Below the pieces are notes generated by a model. It ran no database searches and was not told the DNA's origin. It was given only the letters and a program-made list of their open reading frames with translations. DNA of 64,000 nucleotides from the human T2T-CHM13v2.0 reference genome, Homo sapiens: assembly GCF_009914755.1 (NCBI RefSeq), contig NC_060946.1. One strand, 5' to 3'. Both the position numbers and the translations under genes were made by a program. The number at the start of each line of letters is the position of its first letter. The first letter of the stretch is position 1. Positions 13,001 to 25,500 of the stretch are shown here, one piece after another.

Positions 13001-13819
13001 TCTGCACTGATCACCTCGGTCATGTAACTTTTTTCTAGGCTCTACCTACGATGGCATTGTGACATATCTCTGCACTAATCATCCAAGTGATGTAACTCTT
13101 GTCTAGCATGTACCTAAATTAACTTTTTGACATAACCCTGTACTGATCATCCAGGTGATGGAGCATTTGTCTAGGCTCTGCCTAAGGGGGCATTGTGACA
13201 TATTTCTGCATTGATCCCCCAGGTGGCGAACTCTTCTCTCAGATCTGCCTATGGGGGCTTTGTGAGAAATCCCTGCACTGATCACCCAGGTGATGTAACT
13301 GTTGTGTAACCTCTGCCTACAGGGGAATTGTGAGAGATCTCGTCACTGATTACCCAAGTGATGTAACCGTTGTCTAGGCTTTGCATACAGGGGTCTTTGT
13401 GACATACCTTTGCACTGATCACCCAGGTGATGTAACACATCTAAGTTCGGCCTAAAGGAGCTTTGTGACATATCTCTGCACTGATCCCTTAGGTGATGTA
13501 ACACTTTTATAATCACTGCCTACAGGGAATTTTGACAAATCTCTGCACTGTTCACCTAGGTGATGTAACTCTTGGCTACCCTCTGTCCAACGGGGCATTG
13601 TGAAATATCTCTGCACTGATCACCCAGGTGATTCAACTCTTGACTAGGAACTGCCTACAGAGGTTATTGTGAAATATCTCTGCACTGATAAACTAGGTGG
13701 TGTAACCCTTGTCGAAGCTCTGCCTACAGGGGCGTTTCCACATATCCCTGAACCGATGACAGAGATGATGTAACTCTTGCCTATGCTTTGCCTACAGGGA
13801 ACATTGGACAGATATCTGC

Positions 13820-15791
13820 ACTGATCACCCAGGTGATGCAACTCTTGCCTAGGCTTTGCCTACAGGGGACATTGGACATATATCTGCACTGATCACCCAG
13901 GTGATGCAACTCTTGCCTAGGCTTTGCCTACATGGGCATTGTGACATATCTCTTCAATGATCACTCATGTGATACAACTCTTGCCTAGGCTTTGCCTACA
14001 GGGGACATTGTGACATATCTCTGCACTGATCTCCCAGGTGCTGTAACTTAATCTAGGCTTTGGCTACACGGCATTGTGACATATCACTGCACTGATCAAC
14101 CAGTTGATATAACTCATGTATAGGCTCTGCCTACAGGGGGATTGTGACCTACCGTTGCACTGTTCACCCAGTTGATAAAACTCTTCTCTAGGATCTGCCT
14201 ACAGGGTGCTTTGTGACATATCCCTGCACTGATCACCCAGGTGATCTAACTCTGGTCTAAGCTCTGCCTAAAGGGGCATTGTGAAAAATCTCTGCACTGA
14301 TCACTCAGGTGATGTAACTATTGTCTAGGCTCTGCTTCCAGGGCATATTGTGACATATCTATGCACTGATCACCTTAGTGATGTAACACTTGTGTAGGCT
14401 CGGCCTACAGGGGAATCTTGACATATCTCAGCACTGTTAAACGAGGTGATTTAACTCTTGTCTAGGCTGTGCCCACAGGGGGATTGAGACAAATCTCTGC
14501 ACTGATCCCGATGTGATCCAACTCTTGCTTGGTCTCTGTGTACTGGGGACATTGTGACATATTTCTGCACTGATCTCCCAGGTGCTGTAAATTTATTTTA
14601 GGCTCTGGCTACAAGGCATTGTGACATATCACTGCACTGATCACCCAGGCTATACAACTCTCTTCTAGGATCTGCCTACAATGGTCTTGTGACATATCAC
14701 TGCACTGATCACCCAGGCGATATAACTCTTCTCTAGGATCTGACCACATGGTGCTTTGTGACATATCCCTGCAATGATCACCCAGGTGATATACCACTTG
14801 CCAAGGCTCGGCCTACAGGGGCATTGCAATGTATCTCTGCACTGATCACCTAGGACTTGTAGCTATTTTCTAGGATCTGCCTACAGGGTGCTTTTTGAAG
14901 TGTCCCAGCAAGGATTACCCAGGAGATGTACCTCTCATCAAGGCTCTGCCTACAGGCACATTGTGATGTATCTCCGCACTGATCACCTATGTAATGTAAC
15001 TTTTTTCTAGGCTCTACCTACGATGGCATTGTGACATATCTCTGCACTAATCATCCAAGTGATGTAACTCTTGTCTAGGATGTGCCTAAATTAACTTTTT
15101 GACATAACCCTGTACTGATCATCCAGGTGATGGAGCTTTTGTCTAGGCACTGCCTAAGGGGGCATTGTGACATATTTCTGAATTGATCACCCAGGTGGCG
15201 AATTCTTCTCTCAGATCTGCCTATGGGGGCATTGTGATAAATCTCTGCACTGATCACCCAGGTGATGTAACGGTTGTGTAACCTCTGCCTACAGGGGAAT
15301 TGTGAGAGATCTCGTCACTGATTACACAAGGGATGTAACCGTTGTCTAGGCTTTGCGTACAAGGGGCTTTGTGACATACCTTTGCACTGATCACCCAGGT
15401 GATGTAACACATCTAAGTTCGGCCTAAAGGAGCTTTCTGACATATCTCTGCACTGATCACTTAGGTGATGTAACACTTTTATAATCACTGCCTACAGAGA
15501 ATTTTGACAAATCTCTGCACTGATCACCTAGGTGATGTAACTCTTATCTACCCTCTGTCCAACGGGGCATTGTGAAATATCTCTGCACTGATCACCCAGG
15601 TGATTCAACTCTTGACTAGGAACTGCCTACAGAGGTTATTGTGAAATATCTCTGCACTGATAAACTAGGTGGTGTAACCTTTGTCCAAGCTCTGCCTACA
15701 GGGGCGTTTCCACATATCCCTGAACTGATGACAAAGGTGATGTAACTCTTGCCTAGGCTTTGCCTACAGGGAACATTGGACATATATCTGC
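13820..15791 (+). repeat. 29-monomer HOR variant (1972 bp) of divergent lineage B
   Basis: Anchors 13103 and 15075 are 1972 apart. It has an extra m1/m28 hybrid monomer (13820-13887), a fused m7/m8 (from 14296) and extra monomer Y (14636-14703, CTACAATGGTCTTG), plus B markers such as ACCGTTGCACTGTTCACCCAGTTGATAAAAC. Confidence 0.88.
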
Positions 15792-16556
15792 ACTGATCAC
15801 CCAGGTGATGCAACTCTTGCCTAGGCTTTGCCTACAGGGGACATCGTGACATATCTCTTCAATGATCACTCATGTGATGCATCACTTGCCTAGGCTTTGC
15901 CTACAGGGGACATTGTGACATATCTCTGCACTAATCTCCTAGGTGCTGTAACTTTAGTCTAGGCTCTGGCTACACGGCATTGTGACATATCACTGCACTG
16001 ATCAACCAGGTGATATAACTCTTGTATAGGCTCTGCCTACAGGGGGATTGTGAACTACCTCTGCACTGATCACCCAGGTGATATAACTCTTCTCTAGGAT
16101 CTCCCTACAGGGTACTTTGTGACATATCCCTGCACTGATCACCCAGGTGATCTATCTCTGGTCTAAGCTCTGCCTAAAGGGGCATTGTGACAGATCTCTG
16201 CACTGATCACTCAGGTGATGTAAGTATTGTCTAGGCTCTGCTTCAAGGGGCCTTGTCACATATCTCTGCACTGATCACCCAGGTGATGTAACTCTTGTCT
16301 AGGCTCTGCTTCCAGGGCATATTGTGACATATCTATGCACTGATCACCTTAGTGATGTAACACTTTGGTAGGCTCGGCCTACAGGGGAATCTTGACATAT
16401 CTCTGCACTGTTAACCGAGGTGATTTAACTCTTGTCTAGGCTGTGCCCACAGGGGGATTGAGACATATCTCTGCACTGATCCCGAGGTGATACAACTCTT
16501 GCCTGGTCTCTGCCTACTGTGGACATTGTGACATATCTCTGCACTGATCTCCCAGT

Positions 16557-19500
16557 TGCTGTAACTTTAGTCTAGGCTCTGGCTACACGGCATTGTGACA
16601 TATCACTGCACTGATCACCCAGGCGATATAACTCTTCTCTAGGATCTGACCACAGGGTGCTTTGTGACATATCCCTGCAATGATCACCCAGGTGATATAC
16701 CACTTGCCAAGGCTCTGCCTACAGGGGCATTGCAATGTATCTCTGCACTGATCACCTAGGTCTTGTAGCTCTTTTCTAGGATATTCCTACAGGGAGCTTT
16801 GTGACGTGTCCCAGCAAGGATTACCCAGGTGATGTACCTCTCATCAAGGCTCTGCCTACAGGCACATTGTGATGTATCCCTGCACTGATCACCTCGGTCA
16901 TGTAACTTTTTTCTGGGCTCTACCTACGATGGCATTGTGACATATCTCTGCACTAATCATCCAAGTGATGTAACTCTTGTCTAGGATGTGCCTAAATTAA
17001 CTTTTTGACATAACCCTGCACTGATCATCCAGGTGATGGAGCTTTTGTCTAGGCTCTGCCTAAGGGGGCATTGTGACATATTTATGCATTGATCACCCAG
17101 GTGGCGAACTCTTCTCTCGGATCTGCCTATGGGGGCATTGTGAGAAATCTCTGCACTGATCACCCAGGTGATGTAACTGTTGTGTAACCTCTGCCTACAG
17201 GGGAATTGTGAGAGATCTCGCTACTGATTACCCAAGTGATGTAACCGTTGTCTAGGCTTTGCGTACAGGGGGCTTTGTGACATACCTTTGCACTGATCAC
17301 CCAGGTGATGTAACACATCTAAGTTCGGCCTAAAGGAGCTTTGTGACATATCTCTGCACTGATCGCTTAGGTGATGTAACACTTTTATAATCACTGCCTA
17401 CAGGGAATTTTGACAAATCTCTGCACTGATCACCTAGGTGATGTCACTCTTGTCTACCCTCTGTCCAACGGGGCATTGTGAAATATCTCTGCACTGATCA
17501 CCCAGGTGATTCAACTCTTGACTAGGAACTGCCTAGAGAGGTTATTGTGAAATATCTCTGCACTGATAAACTAGGTGGTGTAACTCTTGTCCAAGCTCTG
17601 CCTACAGGGGCGTTTCCACATATCCCTGAACTGATGACAGAGGTGATGTAACTCTTGCCTAGGCTTTGCCTACAGGGAACATTGGACATATATCTGCACT
17701 GATCACCCAGGTGATGCAACTCTTGCCTAGGCTTTGCCTACAGGGGACATTGTGACATATCTCTTCAATGATCACTCATGTGATGCTTCTCTTGCCTAGG
17801 CTTTGCCTACAGGGGACATTGTGAAATATCTCCGCACTGATCTCCCAGGTGCTGTAACTTTAGTCTAGGCTCTGGCTACACGGCATTGTGACATATCACT
17901 GCGCTGATCAACCAGGTGATATAACTCTTGTATAGGCTCTGCCTACAGGGGGATTGTGACCTACCTCTGCACTGATCACCCAGGTGATATAACTCTTCTC
18001 TAGGATCTTCCTACAGGGTACTTTGTGACATGTCCCTGCACTGATCACCCAGGTGATCTATCTCTGGTCTAAGCTCTGCCTAAAGGGGCATTGTGACAGA
18101 TCTCTGCACTGATCACTCAGGTGATGTAAGTATTGTCTAGGCTCTGCTTCAAGGGGCCTTGTCACATATCTCTGCACTGATCACCCAGGTGATGTAACTC
18201 TTGTCTAGGCTCTGCTTCCAGGGCATATTGTGACATATGTATGCACTGATCACCTTAGTGATGTAACACTTTGGTAGGCTCGGCCTACAGGGGAATCTTG
18301 ACATATCTCTGCACTGTTAACCGATGTGATTTAACTCTTGTCTAGGCTGTGCCCACAGGGGGATTGAGACATCTCTCTGCACTGATCCCGAGGTGATACA
18401 ACTCTTGCCTGGTCTCTGCCTACTGTGGACATTGTGACATATCTCTGCACTGATCTCCCAGGTGCTGTAACTTTAGTCTAGGCTCTGGCTACACGGCATT
18501 GTGACATATCACTGCACTGAACACCCAGGCGATATAACTCTTCTCTAGGATCTGACCACAGGGTGCTTTGTGACATATCCCTGCAATGATCACCCAGGTG
18601 ATATACCACTTGCCAAGGCTCTGCCTACAGGGGCATTGCAATGTATCTCTGCACTGATCACCTCGGTCTTGTAGCTATATTCTAGGATCTGCCTACAGGG
18701 TGCTTTGTGACGTGTCCCAGCAAGGATTACCCAGGTGATGTACCTCTCATCAAGGCTCTGCCTACAGGCACATTGTGATGTATCTCTGCACTGATCACCT
18801 AGGTCATGTAACTTTTTTCTAGGCTCTACCTAGGATGGCATTGTGACATATCTCTGCACTAATCATCCAAGTGATGTAACTCTTGTCTAGCATGTACCTA
18901 AATTAACTTTTTGACATAACCCTGTACTGATCATCCAGGTGATGGAGCATTTGTCTAGTCTCTGCCTAAGGGGGCATTGTGACATATTTCTGCATTGATC
19001 CCCCAGGTGGTGCACTCTTCTCTCAGATCTGCCTATGGGGGCATTGTGAGAAATCTCTGCACTGATCACCCAGGTGATGTAACTGTTGTGTAACCTCTCC
19101 CTTCAGGGGAATTGTGAGAGATCTCGTCACAGATTACCCAAGTGATGTAACCGTTGTCTAGGCTTTGCGTACAACGGGCTTTGTGACATACCTTTGCACT
19201 GATCACCCAGGTGATGTAACACATCTAAGTTCGGCCTAAAGGAGCTTTGTGACATATCTCAGCACTGATCACTTAGGTGATGTGACACTTTTATAATCAC
19301 TGCCTACAGGGAATTTTGACAAATCTCTGCACTGATCACCTAGGTGATGTAACTCTTGTCTACCCTCTGTCCAACGGGGCATTGTGAAATATCTCTGCAC
19401 TGATCACCCAGGTGATTCAACTCTTGACTAGGAACTGCCTACAGAGGTTATTGTGAAATATCTCTGCACTGATAAACTAGGTGGTGTAAACCTTGTCCAA

Positions 19501-22500
19501 GCTCAGCCTACAGGGGCATTTCCACATATCCCTGAACTGATGACAAAGGTGATGTAACTCTTGCCTAGGCTTTGCCTACAGGGAACATCGGACATATATC
19601 TGCACTGATCACCCAGGTGATGCAACTCTTGCCTAGGATTTGCCTACAGGGGACATCGTGACATATCTCTTCAATGATCACTCATGTGATGCATCACTTG
19701 CCTAGGCTTTGCCTCCAGGGGACATTGTGACATATCTCTGCACTGATCTCCTAGGTGCTGTAACTTTAGTCTAGGCTCTGGCTACACGGCATTGTGACAT
19801 ATCACTGCACTGATCAACCAGGTGATATAACTCTTGTATAGGCTCTGCCTACAGGGGGATTGTGAACTACCTCTGCACTGATCACCCAGGTGATATAACT
19901 CTTCTCTAGGATCTTCCTACAAGGTACTTTGTGACATATCCCTGCACTGATCACCCAGGTAATCTATCTCTGGTCTAAGCTCTGCCTAAAGGGGCATTGT
20001 GACAGATCTCTGCACTGATCACTCAGGTGATGTAAGTATTGTCTAGGCTCTGCTTCAAGGGGCCTTGTCACATATCTCTGCACTGATCACCCAGGTGATG
20101 TAACTCTTGTCTAGGCTCTGCTTCCAGGGCATATTGTGACATATGTATGCACCGATCACCTTAGTGATGTAACACTTTGGTAGGCTCGGCCTACAGGGGA
20201 ATCTTGACATATCTCTGCACTGTTAACCGAGGTGATTTAACACTTGTCTAGGCTGTGCCCACAGGGGGATTGAGACATATCTCTGCACTGATCCTGAGGT
20301 GGTACAACTCTTCCGTGGTCTCTGCCTACTGTGGACATTGTGACATATCTCTGCACTGGTCTCCCAGGTGCTGTAACTTTAGTCTAGGCTCTGGCTACAC
20401 GGCATTGTGACATATCACTGCACTGATCACCCAGGCGATATAACTCTTCTCTAGGATCTGACCACAGGGTGCTTTGTGACATATCCCTGCAATGATCACC
20501 CAGGTGATATACCACTTGCCAAGGCTCTGCCTACAGGGGCATTGCAATGTATCTCTGCACTGATCACCTAGGTCTTGTAGCTATTTTCTAGGATCTGCCT
20601 ACAGGGTGCTTTGTGACGTGTCCCAGCAAGGATTACCCAGGTGATGTACCTCTCATCAAGGCTCTGCCTACAGGCACATTGTGATGTATCTCTGCACTGA
20701 TCACCTAGGTCATGTAAATTTTGTCTAGGCTCTACCTACGATGGCATTGTGACATATCTCTGCACTAATCATCCAAGTGATGTAACTCTTGTCTAGGATG
20801 TGCCTAAATTAACTTTTTGACATAACCCTGTACTGATCATCCAGGTGATGGAGCTTTTGTCTAGGCTCTGCCTTAGGGGGCATTGTGACATATTTCTGCA
20901 TTGATCACCCAGGTGGCGAACTCTTCTCTCGGATCTGCCTATGGGGGCATTGTGAGAAATGTCTGCACTGATCACCCAGGTGATGTAACTGTTGTGTAAC
21001 CTCTGCCTACAGGGGAATTGTGAGAGATCTCGCCACTGATTACCCAAGTGATGTAACCATTGTCTAGGCTTTGCGTACAGGGGGCTTTGTGACATACCTT
21101 TGCACTGATCACCCAGGTGATGTAACACATCTAAGTTCGGCCTAAAGGAGCTTTGTGATATATCTCTGCACTGATCCCTTAGGTGATGTAACACTTTTAT
21201 AATCACTGCCTACCGGGAATTTTGACAAATCTCTGCACTGATCACCTAGGTGATGTAACTCTTGTCTACCCTGTGTCCAACGGGGCATTGTGAAATATCT
21301 CTGCACTGATCACCCAGGTGATTCAACTCTTGACTAGGAACTGCCTAAAGAGATTATTGTGAAATATCTCTGCACTGATAAACTAGGTGGTGTAAACCTT
21401 GTCCAAGCTCTACCTACAGGGGCGTTTCCACATATCCCTGAACGGATGACAGAGGTGATGTAACTCTTGCCTAGGCTTTGCCTACAGGGAACATTGGACA
21501 TATATCTGCACTGATCACCCAGGTGATGCAACTCTTGCCTAGGCTTTGCCTATAGGGGACATTGTGACATATCTCTTCAATGATCACTCATGTGATGCAT
21601 CACTTGCCAAGGCTTTGCCTACAGGGGACATTGTGACATATCTCTGCACCGATCTCCCAGGTGCTGTAACTTTAGTCTAGGCTCTGGCTACACGGCATTG
21701 TGACATATCACTGCACTGATCAACCAGGTGATATAACTCTTGTATAGGCTCTGCCTACAGGGGGATTGTGACCTACCTCTGAACTGATCACCCAGGTGAT
21801 ATAACTCTTCTCTAGGATCTTCCTACAGGGTACATTGTGACATATCCCTGCACTGATCACCCAGGTGATCTATCTCTGGTCTAAGCTCTGCCTAAAGGGG
21901 CATTGTGACAGATCTCTGCACTGATCACTCAGGTGATGTAAGTATTGTCTAGGCTCTGCTTCAAGGGGCCTTGTCACATATCTCTGCACTGATCACCCAG
22001 GTGATGTAACTCTTGTCTAGGCTCTGCTTCCAGGGCATATTGTGACATATCTATGCACTGATCACCTTAGTGATGTAACACTTTGGTAGGCTCGGCCTAC
22101 AGGGGAATCTTGACATATCTCTGCACTGTTAACCGAGGTGATTTAACACTTGTCGAGGCTGTGCCCACAGGGGGATTGAGACATATCTCTGCACTGATCC
22201 CGAGGTGATACAACTCTTCCCTGGTCTCTGCCTACTGTGGACATTGTGACATATCTCTGCACTGATCTCCCAGGTGCTGTAACTTTAGTCTAGGCTCTGG
22301 CTACACGGCATTGTGACATATCACTGCACTGATCACCCAGGCGATATAACTCTTCTCTAGGATCTGACCACAGGGTGCTTTGTGACATATCCCTGCAATG
22401 ATCACCCAGGTGATATACCACTTGCCAAGGCTCTGCCTACAGGGGCATTGCAATGTATCTCTGCACTGATCACCTAGGTCTTGTAGCTCTTTTCTAGGAT

Positions 22501-25500
22501 CTGCCTACAGGGAGCTTTGTGACGTGTCCCAGCAAGGATTACCCAGGTGATGTACCTCTCATCAAGGCTCTGCCTACAGGCACATTGTGATGTATCCCTG
22601 CACTGATCACCTCGGTCATGTAACTTTTTTCTGGGCTCTACCTACGATGGCATTGTGACATATCTCTGCACTAATCATCCAAGTGATGTAACTCTTGTCT
22701 AGGATGTGCCTAAATTAACTTTTTGACATAACCCTGCACTGATCATCCAGGTGATGGAGCTTTTGTCTAGGCTCTGCCTAAGGGGGCATTGTGACATATT
22801 TATGCATTGATCACCCAGGTGGCGAACTCTTCTCTCGGATCTGCCTATGGGGGCATTGTGAGAAATCTCTGCACTGATCACCCAGGTGATGTAACTGTTG
22901 TGTAACCTCTGCCTACAGGGGAATTGTGAGAGATCTCGCTACTGATTACCCAAGTGATGTAACCGTTGTCTAGGCTTTGCGTACAGGGGGCTTTGTGACA
23001 TACCTTTGCACTGATCACCCAGGTGATGTAACACATCTAAGTTCGGCCTAAAGGAGCTTTGTGACATATCTCTGCACTGATCGCTTAGGTGATGTAACAC
23101 TTTTATAATCACTGCCTACAGGGAATTTTGACAAATCTCTGCACTGATCACCTAGGTGATGTCACTCTTGTCTACCCTCTGTCCAACGGGGCATTGTGAA
23201 ATATCTCTGCACTGATCACCCAGGTGATTCAACTCTTGACTAGGAACTGCCTAGAGAGGTTATTGTGAAATATCTCTGCACTGATAAACTAGGTGGTGTA
23301 ACTCTTGTCCAAGCTCTGCCTACAGGGGCGTTTCCACATATCCCTGAACTGATGACAGAGGTGATGTAACTCTTGCCTAGGCTTTGCCTACAGGGAACAT
23401 TGGACATATATCTGCACTGATCACCCAGGTGATGCAACTCTTGCCTAGGCTTTGCCTACAGGGGACATTGTGACATATCTCTTCAATGATCACTCATGTG
23501 ATGCTTCTCTTGCCTAGGCTTTGCCTACAGGGGACATTGTGAAATATCTCCGCACTGATCTCCCAGGTGCTGTAACTTTAGTCTAGGCTCTGGCTACACG
23601 GCATTGTGACATATCACTGCGCTGATCAACCAGGTGATATAACTCTTGTATAGGCTCTGCCTACAGGGGGATTGTGACCTACCTCTGCACTGATCACCCA
23701 GGTGATATAACTCTTCTCTAGGATCTTCCTACAGGGTACTTTGTGACATGTCCCTGCACTGATCACCCAGGTGATCTATCTCTGGTCTAAGCTCTGCCTA
23801 AAGGGGCATTGTGACAGATCTCTGCACTGATCACTCAGGTGATGTAAGTATTGTCTAGGCTCTGCTTCAAGGGGCCTTGTCACATATCTCTGCACTGATC
23901 ACCCAGGTGATGTAACTCTTGTCTAGGCTCTGCTTCCAGGGCATATTGTGACATATGTATGCACTGATCACCTTAGTGATGTAACACTTTGGTAGGCTCG
24001 GCCTACAGGGGAATCTTGACATATCTCTGCACTGTTAACCGATGTGATTTAACTCTTGTCTAGGCTGTGCCCACAGGGGGATTGAGACATCTCTCTGCAC
24101 TGATCCCGAGGTGATACAACTCTTGCCTGGTCTCTGCCTACTGTGGACATTGTGACATATCTCTGCACTGATCTCCCAGGTGCTGTAACTTTAGTCTAGG
24201 TTCTGGCTACACGGCATTGTGACATATCACTGCACTGAACACCCAGGCGATATAACTCTTCTCTAGGATCTGACCACAGGGTGCTTTGTGACATATCCCT
24301 GCAATGATCACCCAGGTGATATACCACTTGCCAAGGCTCTGCCTACAGGGGCATTGCAATGTATCTCTGCACTGATCACCTCGGTCTTGTAGCTATATTC
24401 TAGGATCTGCCTACAGGGTGCTTTGTGACGTGTCCCAGCAAGGATTACCCAGGTGATGTACCTCTCATCAAGGCTCTGCCTACAGGCACATTGTGATGTA
24501 TCTCTGCACTGATCACCTAGGTCATGTAACTTTTTTCTAGGCTCTACCTACGATGGCATTGTGACATATCTCTGCACTAATCATCCAAGTGATGTAACTC
24601 TTGTCTAGCATGTACCTAAATTAACTTTTTGACATAACCCTGTACTGATCATCCAGGTGATGGAGCATTTGTCTAGTCTCTGCCTAAGGGGGCATTGTGA
24701 CATATTTCTGCATTGATCCCCCAGGTGGTGCACTCTTCTCTCAGATCTGCCTATGGGGGCATTGTGAGAAATCTCTGCACTGATCACCCAGGTGATGTAA
24801 CTGTTGTGTAACCTCTCCCTTCAGGGGAATTGTGAGAGATCTCGTCACAGATTACCCAAGTGATGTAACCGTTGTCTAGGCTTTGCGTACAACGGGCTTT
24901 GTGACATACCTTTGCACTGATCACCCAGGTGATGTAACACATCTAAGTTCGGCCTAAAGGAGCTTTGTGACATATCTCAGCACTGATCACTTAGGTGATG
25001 TGACACTTTTATAATCACTGCCTACAGGGAATTTTGACAAATCTCTGCACTGATCACCTAGGTGATGTAACTCTTGTCTACCCTCTGTCCAACGGGGCAT
25101 TGTGAAATATCTCTGCACTGATCACCCAGGTGATTCAACTCTTGACTAGGAACTGCCTACAGAGGTTATTGTGAAATATCTCTGCACTGATAAACTAGGT
25201 GGTGTAAACCTTGTCCAAGCTCAGCCTACAGGGGCATTTCCACATATCCCTGAACTGATGACAAAGGTGATGTAACTCTTGCCTAGGCTTTGCCTACAGG
25301 GAACATCGGACATATATCTGCACTGATCACCCAGGTGATGCAACTCTTGCCTAGGATTTGCCTACAGGGGACATCGTGACATATCTCTTCAATGATCACT
25401 CATGTGATGCATCACTTGCCTAGGCTTTGCCTCCAGGGGACATTGTGACATATCTCTGCACTGATCTCCTAGGTGCTGTAACTTTAGTCTAGGCTCTGGC

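Noticed and set aside
20793-21206. Longest ORF class (137 aa) as a satellite-derived gene
   Set aside because: It arises from chance loss of a stop codon in some units and starts at a non-ATG codon. Its copy number follows the duplications, and nothing suggests coding constraint.
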